In this document: piece by piece, positions 14,387 to 24,092 of the stretch
Numbering within the stretch: position 1 is the stretch's first letter
How the letters are laid out: every line of letters starts with the position of its first letter
DNA from: a virus
Taxonomy: Duplodnaviria; Caudoviricetes
Length of the DNA: 27,876 nt
Virus record (IMG/VR): IMGVR_UViG_3300043436_000341
Location: 1-27,876 of that record
Strand: one strand, 5' to 3'
The notes under the pieces: generated by a model
What the model saw: only the letters and a program-made list of their open reading frames with translations
Databases searched by the model: none
What the model was told of the DNA's origin: nothing
Position numbers and translations under genes: made by a program

Positions 14387-16575
14387 ACATTACCAACGAG
14401 CTGGGATTGAGCACAGACATCGCGTCACAGGTTGACCCGACACTTATGCCTATGACAGACATGGATTTAGAAGCCATGATGGGTCAAGAGATCACAGACG
14501 CTGTGAGCTATATCGACTCTGACTTGAGTCCTATCCGCGCTCGCGGTACTGAATACTATCGTGGTGATCCTTTTGGCAATGAGGAAGATGGACGCTCGCA
14601 AGTCGTGGCGATGGAGGTGCGTGACACCGTGTCTGCCATGCTGCCGTCCTTGATGCGTGTGTTTTTCTCTACCGAGAACACGGTAGAGTTTGTCCCGCGT
14701 GGTCCAGAGGATGTAGAAAACGCACAGCAAGCCACAGACTACTGCAACTATGTTTTTAACAATGACAACAACGGTTTTATGGTGGCATACGCCACATTTA
14801 AAGACGCTCTTGTAAGGAAGTGTGGCATTGTCAAGGCGTGGATTGAGGACACCGAGTCTGTGCGAATTGAGGAATATTCTGGTCTTGATGACCAGACATT
14901 GCAGGTCGTCATGCAAGAGGGCGACGCAGATGTGCAGATCATTGCGAGTTACCCAGACGAGAGTATGCAAGGCGCGATGCAGATCGATCCTATGACTGGT
15001 CAGCCGTTACCCCCAGCCATGATGCACGATGTGCAGGTCAAGCGCAAGGTAACTGACAAGCGTATCCATGTGGCGTGCTTACCGCCAGAAGAATTGCTGC
15101 TTTCGCGTCAAGCAATGTCGTTTAAGGACGCACCTTTTATCGGTCACCGCAAGATGGCAACTGTGGCTGAGTTGATCTCTATGGGGTATGACGAAGACGA
15201 GGTGATGGACTATGTTGGCTCGTCCGACTTGAATGACAACGAAGAGGCTTTGGCACGCGCACCGTTGGCAAATAACCAGTATTTCAATGAGAGCGCTAAT
15301 CCGATGATGCAGCGCGTTCTCTATGTCGAGGGCTACGCTAAGGTTGACTTTGATGGCGACGGTATCCCTGAGCTGCGCAAGATGTGCTTTATGGGGTCTA
15401 GTTACAAGATGGTGCGCAATTTGCCAGCGTCATACATCCCGTTTATTGAATTCCCATGTGACCCAGAACCCCACACATCACCACTTGAGGCGATGTCGAT
15501 CTTTGACATTACGAGAGACTTACAAGAGATCAAGTCCGAAGTCATGCGCAATACGCTCGACTCTCTGGCGCAGTCTATCCATCCCCGCACCGTGATCGTT
15601 GAGGGTCAGGTCAACATTGACGATGCCTTGAATAACGAGACAGGCGCGATCATTCGTGCGCGTGCTCCGAACATGGTGCAGCCGTTGGTGACACCATTCG
15701 TTGGACAGGCTGCTTTCCCCGTCCTTGCGTACTTGGACGAGATCAAGGAGAGTCGCACAGGAATGTCCAAGGCATCTATGGGATTGAACCCAGATGCGTT
15801 GCAATCGAGCACAAAGGCTGCCGTGGCTGCCACAGTAAGCGCCAGCCAAGGACGCATTGAGTTGACTGCGCGTCTCATGGCTGAAGGCATGAGGGAGCTG
15901 TTTAAGACGATTCTTTTCTTGGTCACGACGCACCAAGACAAACCACGCATGATCCGATTGCGTAACCGTTGGGTGCAGATTGACCCACGCGCTTGGGACA
16001 ACACGATGGATGTCAACATCAACATCGGTCTGGGCAATGGCGACACCAATGAGCGTATCGCAACCATGATGCAGATACTCGCCAAGCAAGAATCCATCAT
16101 CAACCAGTACGGTCTTGAGAATCCTGTGGTGTCACCACAGATGTATGTGCGAACCTTGAAGAAGGTCGTCGAACTCTCAGGATTCAAGGACGCATCGAGC
16201 TACTTTGCGGACATTCCAGACGGTTGGAAAGCACCGCAAGCACCGCAAAAGCCAAGCCCAGAAGAGGTTTTGGCGCAGGTGCAAGCCGAGTCGATTAAGG
16301 CAGACATCCAGAAAAAGGCTGCCGATCTTGAGTTACAGCGCCAGAAGATGATGATGGACGACGACTTCAGACGCGATCAAATGAACCAAGATAGACTACT
16401 TCGTCAGTACGAACTTGAGTTAAAGTACAACACACAGGTGAGCACCGCGCAAATTGTTGCGGAGCAGAATGTCAACCGAGAGGTTGTAAAAGAGCAAAGT
16501 GCGTTGGTACAACAGGCGATGGCGCAAGCCCAGCCAGCACCAATGCAACCCATCAACCCACAAGGAATGGTCTAA
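14383..16575 (+). CDS. portal protein (P22-like, long)
   Basis: 730 aa between terL and scaffold/capsid; C-terminal Gln-rich coiled coil like the P22 portal barrel. Confidence 0.9.
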   Translation: MNITNELGLSTDIASQVDPTLMPMTDMDLEAMMGQEITDAVSYIDSDLSPIRARGTEYYRGDPFGNEEDGRSQVVAMEVRDTVSAMLPSLMRVFFSTENTVEFVPRGPEDVENAQQATDYCNYVFNNDNNGFMVAYATFKDALVRKCGIVKAWIEDTESVRIEEYSGLDDQTLQVVMQEGDADVQIIASYPDESMQGAMQIDPMTGQPLPPAMMHDVQVKRKVTDKRIHVACLPPEELLLSRQAMSFKDAPFIGHRKMATVAELISMGYDEDEVMDYVGSSDLNDNEEALARAPLANNQYFNESANPMMQRVLYVEGYAKVDFDGDGIPELRKMCFMGSSYKMVRNLPASYIPFIEFPCDPEPHTSPLEAMSIFDITRDLQEIKSEVMRNTLDSLAQSIHPRTVIVEGQVNIDDALNNETGAIIRARAPNMVQPLVTPFVGQAAFPVLAYLDEIKESRTGMSKASMGLNPDALQSSTKAAVAATVSASQGRIELTARLMAEGMRELFKTILFLVTTHQDKPRMIRLRNRWVQIDPRAWDNTMDVNINIGLGNGDTNERIATMMQILAKQESIINQYGLENPVVSPQMYVRTLKKVVELSGFKDASSYFADIPDGWKAPQAPQKPSPEEVLAQVQAESIKADIQKKAADLELQRQKMMMDDDFRRDQMNQDRLLRQYELELKYNTQVSTAQIVAEQNVNREVVKEQSALVQQAMAQAQPAPMQPINPQGMV

Positions 16576-16842
16576 GTGAGCAAACAAGAAGAAGATGTAA
16601 GAAAAGGCAAGAAGGCTGAGTCACTAATCGCTGACGAGGCTTTCTCAACTGCTTTGTTGAAGATGGAGAATGATGCCGTCTGGTTTTGGAAAGATACGAA
16701 GCCAGAGGACATCACGAAGAGAGAACACGCTTGGCATATGTTGCGTGCGATTGACAACTTCCGAACCGAGATTTCAAAGATCATGGATAACGGGAAAGTC
16801 GCACAGCGCCAGATTGAGCGTGAACAAAAGTCGTTGGTGTAA
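16576..16842 (+). CDS. small conserved head-module protein
   Basis: GTG start directly after the portal stop; helical 88 aa between portal and scaffold. Confidence 0.75.
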   Translation: MSKQEEDVRKGKKAESLIADEAFSTALLKMENDAVWFWKDTKPEDITKREHAWHMLRAIDNFRTEISKIMDNGKVAQRQIEREQKSLV

Positions 16843-16853
16843 AGGACTAGGAA

Positions 16854-17840
16854 ATGGAAATAACCCAAACCCCTATGTCTGTGGCTGATGCAGCCAGTGC
16901 TCTTGATCAGATGATGTTGCCGTTAGACGGAGAACAGCAGAAAACTGACAAGGCGCGTTTGACTGAGGAAGAAAACTCCGAGGTCGCGGTCTCTGTAGAT
17001 GAAGAACTCGATGTGCAAGACGACGAATTGAGTGACGAAACGACAGAGGAACAGTCTGAAGAAGGTGAAGAAACCGACGAAGAAGAAAAGCCAACCGAGG
17101 TCTACACCGTCAAAGTTGACGGTAAAGAGGTCGAGGTAACGCTAGACGAACTTCAAAAAGGATATTCCCGTACTCAGGACTACACACGAAAGACGCAACA
17201 GATCGCTGAGACCCGTAAGGCTGTCGAAGCAGAGGCTAGTGCGATTCGTGCCGAGCGTGAACAGTACGCCCAGTTATTGGGAGCGTTGCAACAGCAACTT
17301 GAGACGACTGAAGTACCAATAGATATGGATCGTCTTCGAGATGAAGACCCTATCGAATGGGTAAGACAGTCGGAGATTAGGCGACAGAAGCAAGAAAAAC
17401 TCGCAGCTATTCAGTTTGAGCAGCAGCGACTTTCTCAGCTAACAGCGCAACAAAGAGCACAGGAGATGAACGCTCACCTTGCGACACAGCAAGAAGCCCT
17501 GATCCAAGCCGTACCTGAGTGGAAAGATTCCAAGAAGGCACAGGCTGAAAAGGCTCTACTCGTCGAATTCGGAAAAAAGATCGGATTTAGCGATGATGAA
17601 CTCAAGAATGTCTATGACCACAGAGCTGTCATTGCGTTGCGTAAAGCAGCGCTCTATGACCAGATGATGTCCAAGCGTGGACAGATCAAGCCAGTCGTCA
17701 ACAACGGTCCTCGCCCCGCCAAGCCTAGTGCAGCAGGTCGCGTCTCCACAACAACTGAAAGTACACGCGCAAAACAGCGTCTTGCAAAGTCAGGTCGCGT
17801 CAATGACGCTGCCTCCGCAATAGAACTTCTTTTGAAATAG
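16854..17840 (+). CDS. capsid scaffolding protein
   Basis: Acidic N-terminus, YTVKVDGKEVEVTLDELQKGYSRTQDYTRKTQ segment and coiled coil; directly before the capsid gene. Confidence 0.85.
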   Translation: MEITQTPMSVADAASALDQMMLPLDGEQQKTDKARLTEEENSEVAVSVDEELDVQDDELSDETTEEQSEEGEETDEEEKPTEVYTVKVDGKEVEVTLDELQKGYSRTQDYTRKTQQIAETRKAVEAEASAIRAEREQYAQLLGALQQQLETTEVPIDMDRLRDEDPIEWVRQSEIRRQKQEKLAAIQFEQQRLSQLTAQQRAQEMNAHLATQQEALIQAVPEWKDSKKAQAEKALLVEFGKKIGFSDDELKNVYDHRAVIALRKAALYDQMMSKRGQIKPVVNNGPRPAKPSAAGRVSTTTESTRAKQRLAKSGRVNDAASAIELLLK

Positions 17841-17849
17841 GACACTCAA

Positions 17850-18812
17850 ATGGCAATCGTAACCAACACCTTTACAACCTTTGATGCAAAGGGTATCCGC
17901 GAGGACTTATCCAACATCATCACTAACATCGCTCCCGAAGAGACTCCTTACATGAGCAACATCGGTCGTGAGTCAATCAGCAACTCATTGTTTGAGTGGC
18001 AGACTGACACATTGGCTTCTGCTGCTGCTAACAAGCAGTTAGAGGGCGACGATGTAACTTCTTTCGATAGCGTAACTGCTACTGTGCGTTTGCAAAACTA
18101 TGCACAGATCAGCCGTAAGACTATCGTCTTGTCTGCAACTGAAGAGACCGTCAACAAGGCTGGTCGTCGCTCTGAATTGGCATACCAAATTGCCAAGCGT
18201 AGCGCTGAGTTGAAGCGTGATCAAGAGTTCTCAATGTTGAACGGTGCTGTCGCTGCTGCTGGTAACACCACAACTGCTCGCGGTACTGCTTCATTGCAAG
18301 CCTTCATCAAGACTAACTACGATATGCAGACGAACGGTGCTAACCCCACTTACACGACTGTGCCTACTGGCGCTCGTAGTGACGGCAATGTGCGTACCTT
18401 TACAGAAACCATCTTGAAGAATGTTATTCAACAAGTTTGGACTTCTGGCGGTACACCAAAAATCTTGATGACTGGTCCAGTCAACAAGCAGCGCGTGTCT
18501 GGCTTCTCTGGTATCGCATCTTCACGCTTCAACATTGATGGCGGTGCTCGTCCTGCAACCATCATTGGCGCAGCAGACATTTATGTGTCTGACTTCGGCA
18601 ATGTGCAAGTCGTTCCTAACCGCTTCCAGCGTGAGCGTGACGCATTCGTGATCGATCCAGATTACGCAAAAGTCACAACTTTGCGTCCTTACCAACAAGT
18701 TGAGTTGGCAAAGACTGGCGACGCTGAAAAGCGTATGCTGATCGTTGAGTGGGGTCACAAAGTATTGGCAGAGAATGCCCACGGCATTGCTGCTGACTTG
18801 GTTACTTCTTAA
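17850..18812 (+). CDS. major capsid protein (DUF5309/SU10-like family)
   Basis: REDLSNIITNIAPEETP, FEWQTDTL, NYAQI, ELKRDQE and YVSDFG; followed by a strong terminator. Confidence 0.92.
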   Translation: MAIVTNTFTTFDAKGIREDLSNIITNIAPEETPYMSNIGRESISNSLFEWQTDTLASAAANKQLEGDDVTSFDSVTATVRLQNYAQISRKTIVLSATEETVNKAGRRSELAYQIAKRSAELKRDQEFSMLNGAVAAAGNTTTARGTASLQAFIKTNYDMQTNGANPTYTTVPTGARSDGNVRTFTETILKNVIQQVWTSGGTPKILMTGPVNKQRVSGFSGIASSRFNIDGGARPATIIGAADIYVSDFGNVQVVPNRFQRERDAFVIDPDYAKVTTLRPYQQVELAKTGDAEKRMLIVEWGHKVLAENAHGIAADLVTS

Positions 18813-18823
18813 TTGAACTAACG

Positions 18824-18854
18824 AAGGGTCTGGGGAAACTCAGACCCTTTTTTT
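18824..18854 (+). terminator. intrinsic terminator after the capsid gene
   Basis: AAGGGTCTGGG-GAAA-CTCAGACCCTT running into a T tract. Confidence 0.85.
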
Positions 18855-18856
18855 AC

Positions 18857-19171
18857 ATGATTGAAAAAAGACTATTTAGTACAGACGCTGATCAGGGGAT
18901 CACGCGCACATTTGAATTTAACGATGAAACGAATCAGGCAACGATTCACACGCAGCAAGATGTGACGGCGATCATTGAAGAGAATAAGCAAGAGTACGCA
19001 CAGGTTGATGAGCGTGCTAGGTGGGGTGAGTGGAGCAGAGTCGCCAGCATCCCGATGTCTATCTACTTTCAGCTCAAGGCTGAAGGCAAATTAGATGATC
19101 AAGAGTACATGAAGAAGTGGCTCAACGATAAAGACAATCAGTATTTCAGAACAAGAGCAGGAAAAGTATGA
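18857..19171 (+). CDS. hypothetical protein (104 aa)
   Basis: QDVTAIIEENK...VASIP...KKWLND; ATGA overlap with the next gene. Confidence 0.8.
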   Translation: MIEKRLFSTDADQGITRTFEFNDETNQATIHTQQDVTAIIEENKQEYAQVDERARWGEWSRVASIPMSIYFQLKAEGKLDDQEYMKKWLNDKDNQYFRTRAGKV

Positions 19172-19851
19172 CACCAAACTACATTGCGGTATGCACCCCA
19201 GCGCGTGACATGGTTCACGCTAACTTCACCTTCTGTATGGTGAACATGGTGGCGCATCACACGATTAACACGACTGATGCCGTGTCCTTGAAGATTATGC
19301 AAGGGACACTTATCCAGACCCAGCGTGCTGATCTGTGCCTAGACGCAATGGCTGAAGGTTGTACCCATATCTTGTTTGTTGACTCAGACATGACCTTTCC
19401 GCAAGACATGATTGAGAGACTCTTGGTGCATGACTTGGACATCGTGGCAACGAACTGCGCAAGGCGCAGGATGCCCACAGGACCAACTGCACAGCGCTAT
19501 GACGAGAACGGTGAGCGAGTGCTCATCTACACAATGCCAGAGTCCACAGGGATTGAGGAAGTCGGCTCTATTGGCATGGGTGTCATGCTGATCAAGCGCA
19601 GAGTCTTTGAGGCTTTGAGTGAACCTTGGTTCGAGACTCCTTGGCGCAACGACAAGCGCGGTTATGTCGGTGAGGATGTTTTCTTCTGTCGTAAAGCACA
19701 GGCTGCTGGCTTTAAAATCTACATAGACCATGATGTGTCCAAAGAGATCGGACACATTGGGACATTTGAATTCAAGCACGATCACACTTGGGTGATGCGT
19801 GATCTTGAGAAAGCAGAAAAGGCTGAAGATGGCGTTAACAACCTATGCTGA
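19168..19851 (+). CDS. GT-A fold glycosyltransferase-like protein
   Basis: THILFVDSDMTFP (DxD), GMGVMLI, GEDVFFC and IGHIG. Confidence 0.82.
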   Translation: MTPNYIAVCTPARDMVHANFTFCMVNMVAHHTINTTDAVSLKIMQGTLIQTQRADLCLDAMAEGCTHILFVDSDMTFPQDMIERLLVHDLDIVATNCARRRMPTGPTAQRYDENGERVLIYTMPESTGIEEVGSIGMGVMLIKRRVFEALSEPWFETPWRNDKRGYVGEDVFFCRKAQAAGFKIYIDHDVSKEIGHIGTFEFKHDHTWVMRDLEKAEKAEDGVNNLC

Positions 19852-20449
19852 ACTGAAGACTTCGGTCGGGGACTGGCTTAATCGCTCAGACCTGACTACT
19901 GCTATTCCTGACTTTATTAGTTTGGCAGAGGCTCAGATCGAGCGTAATCTGCGCACCAGACAGATGATCGTGCGTGCTACCGCGTCGATCACTACCGAAT
20001 ACTCCGCAGTCCCAGATAACTTCTTGGAAGTTAAGTCCTTCAAACTCGATACCAATCCCGTCACGCCATTGCAGTTTGAGACTATCGACTCAATGGACAC
20101 TTTAGCGGTTACATATCGCACATCGACTAAACCTATATTTTTTACCGTGGTGGGTGAGCAGTTTCGCTACCTACCAGTACCAGATACTGCCTACACAGGC
20201 GAGTTGATCTATTACGCAAAGTTGAGTAAGTTATCAACTACCAACACAACAAACTGGCTATTGACTGCTGCACCTGATGTTTATCTCTATGGCGCTCTTA
20301 TGCAAGCAGCACCGTACCTGCAAGCTGATGCGAGAATTACGGTATGGGCATCGATGTACCGAGCTGGTCTTGAAGAGGTTACAAAGGCAGATGATCGTAG
20401 CTCTTCAACTGGTGGTGTACTGATCACACGCGCAAGGACTTTGGGATAA
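19829..20449 (+). CDS. head-tail adaptor/neck protein
   Basis: MALTTYAELKTSVGDWLNRSDL...FISLAEA..., NWLL..APDVYLYGAL; start moved to ATG 19829. Confidence 0.75.
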   Translation: MALTTYAELKTSVGDWLNRSDLTTAIPDFISLAEAQIERNLRTRQMIVRATASITTEYSAVPDNFLEVKSFKLDTNPVTPLQFETIDSMDTLAVTYRTSTKPIFFTVVGEQFRYLPVPDTAYTGELIYYAKLSKLSTTNTTNWLLTAAPDVYLYGALMQAAPYLQADARITVWASMYRAGLEEVTKADDRSSSTGGVLITRARTLG

Positions 20450-20452
20450 CAG

Positions 20453-20644
20453 ATGCTAGTGAACACAACAAAAGGCGAGATGGATGTCTCCTTGCTAGAG
20501 AAGCGAGAAGGTTCTATCGATACCGACAACGAGACAACGAACTGGGTGGAATATTGGCTAGAAGGCGAGCTTGTGCATCGCTCAGTCCATATGACCTTAA
20601 AACGAAATGTGACTGGTGAAGCAGTCGCTCAATCTTTAAGTTAA
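20453..20644 (+). CDS. hypothetical protein (63 aa)
   Basis: Fills the gap in the late operon; WVEYWLEGELVHRSVH. Confidence 0.75.
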   Translation: MLVNTTKGEMDVSLLEKREGSIDTDNETTNWVEYWLEGELVHRSVHMTLKRNVTGEAVAQSLS

Positions 20645-20652
20645 GGAAATTT

Positions 20653-21111
20653 ATGGCTAACACACAAGCCCTCTGTACATCATTCAAGGTTGATCTGCTC
20701 AACGCTGTACACGCATTCTCTACTAGCGTCCCAGCTCACACAGCGGGTACTGCCGACACATTCAAGGCTGCCTTGTACCTTGCGTCTGCCACGGTTAACG
20801 CAACAACAACCGCCTATTCGTCTACTGGTGAGGTAACAGGAACTAACTACACGGCTGGCGGTGCTACGGTGACATTTGGCACAGCGCCAAGCTCTACCAG
20901 CACGACAGCATTTGTGACTCCAAGTGCATCGATTAGTTTCTCTAATGTGACCTTATCAACTGCCTTTGATGCCGTCTTGATCTACAACTCAAGCCAGTCT
21001 AATAAAGCAGTCAGCGTCCATACCTTCGGTTCACAGACCGTTACGGCTGGAACATTTACCTTAACCATGCCGACAAATGATTCAAGCACAGGCTTGATCA
21101 GACTCGCTTAA
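20653..21111 (+). CDS. virion structural protein (Thr/Ser/Ala-rich, beta-rich)
   Basis: TAAGGA SD; FKAALY...GEVTGTNYTAGG; located in the tail module. Confidence 0.7.
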   Translation: MANTQALCTSFKVDLLNAVHAFSTSVPAHTAGTADTFKAALYLASATVNATTTAYSSTGEVTGTNYTAGGATVTFGTAPSSTSTTAFVTPSASISFSNVTLSTAFDAVLIYNSSQSNKAVSVHTFGSQTVTAGTFTLTMPTNDSSTGLIRLA

Positions 21112-21126
21112 TAAAGAGGCAGCAAG

Positions 21127-21648
21127 ATGGCTGCTTACGGCTCTGGCTACTACGGCAAGGGTGTTTATGGCATCGGTAATGTCGTCATTAGTGGCAACTC
21201 GTCTACTACTGCGGTTGGCACATTACTAGACGACAGATCAATCCAAGAAGACGGCAATGTCGCCACGGGTAATGTCGGAACGGTCGGCATCTCTTTAAGT
21301 TTTGCGATCACAGGTAACGATTCAACCTTATCTGTTAACTCGGTCTTAGTATCTCCAATTCTTACGGGTAGCTCGTCAACTGGTGCTGTCGGCACGATGT
21401 CGCCAGAGACAATCTCCTTTGTTGCTATTACTGGCGTTGAAGGTACTGGCTCAGTCGGTAGCGTTACAAACGGCATAAGTATTGAGATAATTGGGGCTGA
21501 GGCATCTGGCTCGGTCGGGACAATGATTGGCTTTGGATGGGGTGCAATACCAGACACGGCAGAGACTTGGACGGCAGAGGCAGATACGCCAGAGACTTGG
21601 ACAGCAATCGCAGACAATTCAGAAACATGGACGCAAGTCCCAGCATGA
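21127..21648 (+). CDS. repetitive putative tail/virion protein
   Basis: YGxxxYGxxxYG N-terminus, GxxxTGxVG(T/S) repeats and three DxxETWT repeats. Confidence 0.7.
   Translation: MAAYGSGYYGKGVYGIGNVVISGNSSTTAVGTLLDDRSIQEDGNVATGNVGTVGISLSFAITGNDSTLSVNSVLVSPILTGSSSTGAVGTMSPETISFVAITGVEGTGSVGSVTNGISIEIIGAEASGSVGTMIGFGWGAIPDTAETWTAEADTPETWTAIADNSETWTQVPA
21551..21633 (+). repeat. 30-bp coding tandem repeat (about 2.8 copies)
   Basis: cagacacggcagagacttggacg / cagatacgccagagacttggaca / cagacaattcagaaacatggacg at a 30-nt period. Confidence 0.8.
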
Positions 21649-21657
21649 AGGTGAACT

Positions 21658-22158
21658 ATGGCGAACACTAATCTATTAACGCAAGAGCGATTAAAAGAAG
21701 TGTTGAACTATGACGCTGAGTCTGGCGTGTTCACATGGAAGATCACCAGAACTAAAGCAGTAAAAGACATGGTAGCTGGAAACATTGATAGTCATGGATA
21801 TTGGATTATTGGAGTAGATGGCGTAAGACATAGCGCACATAGACTTGCTTGGTTATATCTTTATGGTTTTTACCCAAAAGAGATTGACCATCAAAATCAC
21901 AATAGGATTGATAATAGGCTTGTCAATCTTGAAGCAACTGACAGGTCTGGAAATGCTCGTAACATTTCAAAACCAATGAACAACAAGTCTGGCGTTATGG
22001 GAGTTTCTTGGACTAAAAGACTTGGCAAAAGAAACGACAAATGGGAAGTTAGGGCTTGCGGAAAGTTTTTAGGATATTTTGATAACTTTTTTGAGGCTGT
22101 TTGCAAGAGAAAATCGGCAGAACTTCAATTTGGCTTTCACCCCAATCATGGAATTTAA
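21658..22158 (+). CDS. HNH homing endonuclease (second copy of the family)
   Basis: AHRLAWLYLYG...IDHQNHNRIDNRLVNLE; NKSGVMGVSW; visibly AT-richer than its flanks. Confidence 0.92.
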   Translation: MANTNLLTQERLKEVLNYDAESGVFTWKITRTKAVKDMVAGNIDSHGYWIIGVDGVRHSAHRLAWLYLYGFYPKEIDHQNHNRIDNRLVNLEATDRSGNARNISKPMNNKSGVMGVSWTKRLGKRNDKWEVRACGKFLGYFDNFFEAVCKRKSAELQFGFHPNHGI

Positions 22159-22170
22159 TGGAGATTCATA

Positions 22171-23019
22171 ATGGCTGACTCAACTACAACAAACCTATTA
22201 CTTACTAAACCAGAAGTAGGTGCAAGTACTGATTCTTGGGGTACAAAGGTAAATACGGACCTAGATTTGGTGGACTCAATCTTTGCAGCAGCAGGTACTG
22301 GAACATCGGTCGGTCTTAATGTTGGCTCTGGCAAGACAATTACTCTTGCTGGAACAACTAAATTTGCTGGCTCTACTTCTGGAACTACAACGGTTCAAGC
22401 AACTGCGGTTGCTGGCACTACCACTTTGACGCTACCAGCAGCAACCGATACTTTAGTTGGTAAGGCAACGACAGATACTCTGACAAATAAGACTTTAACT
22501 TCGCCTACTTTAGTTACACCAGCATTGGGTACTCCCGCATCTGGAGTCTTAACTAACTGCACTGGATTACCACAGGCTGGTTTGGGTACAAATGTCGCAG
22601 GCAATGGTCCAGCGTTTCTTGCGTACCCAGCTTCAAATCAAGTGCTTTCAGCGGCAACTTGGACAAAAGTTACTTTGGGTAATGAAATATTTGATACAAA
22701 CAATAATTTTGCGTCAAGCAGATTTACACCTACTGTTGCTGGTTATTACCAATTTAATGCTACTGTAGGTGTTACTAGTCAAACTGCTGGGTCAGGAGCA
22801 CAAGGGGCAATTTCTTTATATAGAAATGGTGCTCTTTATATGCAAGGCGTTAACTTGGCTATAACAGGTATAAATATACTGACAGTATCAGCACTAATAT
22901 ATTTTAATGGTTCATCAGATTATCTTGAGTTATATTGTTATTTAAGTGGCACATCATTGACAATAAATGGAGTTTTAGAAGCTACATTTTTTAGTGGTGC
23001 ATTAGTGAGGAGCGCATAA
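22171..23019 (+). CDS. tail fibre / receptor-binding protein with C1q/TNF-like C-terminal domain
   Basis: N-terminal anchor ([18 protein letters not shown]), Thr-rich shaft ([13 protein letters not shown]), and PAF..Y...FDTNNNF...[12 protein letters not shown]...DYLELY...FSG pattern. Confidence 0.8.
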   Translation: MADSTTTNLLLTKPEVGASTDSWGTKVNTDLDLVDSIFAAAGTGTSVGLNVGSGKTITLAGTTKFAGSTSGTTTVQATAVAGTTTLTLPAATDTLVGKATTDTLTNKTLTSPTLVTPALGTPASGVLTNCTGLPQAGLGTNVAGNGPAFLAYPASNQVLSAATWTKVTLGNEIFDTNNNFASSRFTPTVAGYYQFNATVGVTSQTAGSGAQGAISLYRNGALYMQGVNLAITGINILTVSALIYFNGSSDYLELYCYLSGTSLTINGVLEATFFSGALVRSA

Positions 23020-23183
23020 TGACTTTAATAAAAAAAATCTTATCCATTTATCCAGAGTTAGTAACTTTTGATTTTTCTAATGGCGTAATCACACTACAAA
23101 ACGACTCTGACGGCAAAGGCGATTACATAGCAAAGTGGGAACACCCAACATTGGCTAGACCTACTGACCAACAATTAGCATGA
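23019..23183 (+). CDS. small XkdW-like tail-fibre-associated protein (54 aa)
   Basis: Manual translation: [54 protein letters not shown]; TAATG/ATGA coupling and a GAGGAG SD. Confidence 0.75.
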   Translation: MTLIKKILSIYPELVTFDFSNGVITLQNDSDGKGDYIAKWEHPTLARPTDQQLA

Positions 23184-23368
23184 CCACAGAGCACACAACT
23201 GAGACGGCTACTGCAATCGTCGCCAAGGCAGCACCGCCAGTAGGCGTGTCATTGGCGACTGTCGCTGGCTTTCAGGTCAGCGAAGTCTTGATCTGGGCGA
23301 CTCTGATCTACACGGTCTTGATGATCTGCCACAAGCTGTACCAGATTTATAAAGACATAAAGAAGTGA
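23180..23368 (+). CDS. small membrane protein, holin-like
   Basis: Hydrophobic VLIWATLIYTVLMI followed by a basic C-terminus. Confidence 0.6.
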   Translation: MTTEHTTETATAIVAKAAPPVGVSLATVAGFQVSEVLIWATLIYTVLMICHKLYQIYKDIKK

Positions 23369-23369
23369 T

Positions 23370-24092
23370 GTGTTTGATCCCATCACCATTGGCGCTGCTT
23401 TCAAGGCAATGCAACTGGCTTATGACGGGATCACATACTGCTGCGATGCCTTGTCTCAAGGCAAGGTCGCTGTACAGAAGATAAAGAAGGCAACCGATGA
23501 TGCCCAAGCAATCGCAAAGGAAGTCAAAGGGATATGGGGATTCTTTAGTGGATTATTTGGTGGCTCAAAGCCAGCCGAGTCCAAGCCAGCAGCCACAGAC
23601 GCAAAGCCTGTGGCGAAAAAGAAGGAAACCTATACAACCCACATCCCTAATGAAGCCGAGATCGTCCAGCAATTCATTAAGCACTTAGGTGCTTTTTTTA
23701 GACACCACAAGGAGTTAACCGAGTATGTGGAAATCAAATATGAAGAAGTATTTTCAAGCGTTGACCCAGACCCTGAGACAATTCTGGAACTCTCTGTTTA
23801 CAAAAACGAACTAGACCAGAGCTATGTCAAGTTGAGTGGAATGATGAGGGGTGCAAATGTGCCTTATCAGCTCGGACCACTCTGGGAGAACTACAACAAC
23901 ATCTACTCCAAGGTTCAACTAGAACAGCAAAAACGCAAGGAACAAATTAGAATCAGAAGACAGATAGAGGCATACAGACAAGAAAGGTTCAGACAAGAAA
24001 AGATTGAGCTTGGCATGGGATTGTTTATCACGCTGCTCGTAGTTTCTTGGCTATACGCGGTATGGATAAATTCATTTATCGAAGCATTCTGA
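23370..24092 (+). CDS. hypothetical coiled-coil protein with C-terminal transmembrane helix
   Basis: 240 aa; DPITIGAAF N-terminus; TM LGMGLFITLLVVSWLYAVW. Confidence 0.75.
   Translation: MFDPITIGAAFKAMQLAYDGITYCCDALSQGKVAVQKIKKATDDAQAIAKEVKGIWGFFSGLFGGSKPAESKPAATDAKPVAKKKETYTTHIPNEAEIVQQFIKHLGAFFRHHKELTEYVEIKYEEVFSSVDPDPETILELSVYKNELDQSYVKLSGMMRGANVPYQLGPLWENYNNIYSKVQLEQQKRKEQIRIRRQIEAYRQERFRQEKIELGMGLFITLLVVSWLYAVWINSFIEAF

Noticed and set aside
18790-18823. Capsid stop read-through or frameshift extension
   Set aside because: A second in-frame TAA follows two codons later, then a terminator; no slippery heptamer seen.
21658-22158. HNH genes as group I intron-encoded ORFs
   Set aside because: Flanking genes are complete with their own starts and stops, and intergenic gaps of about 10 bp leave no room for a ribozyme core.
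22171-23183. Diversity-generating retroelement targeting the tail fibre
   Set aside because: No reverse transcriptase and no template/variable repeat pair seen in this window.
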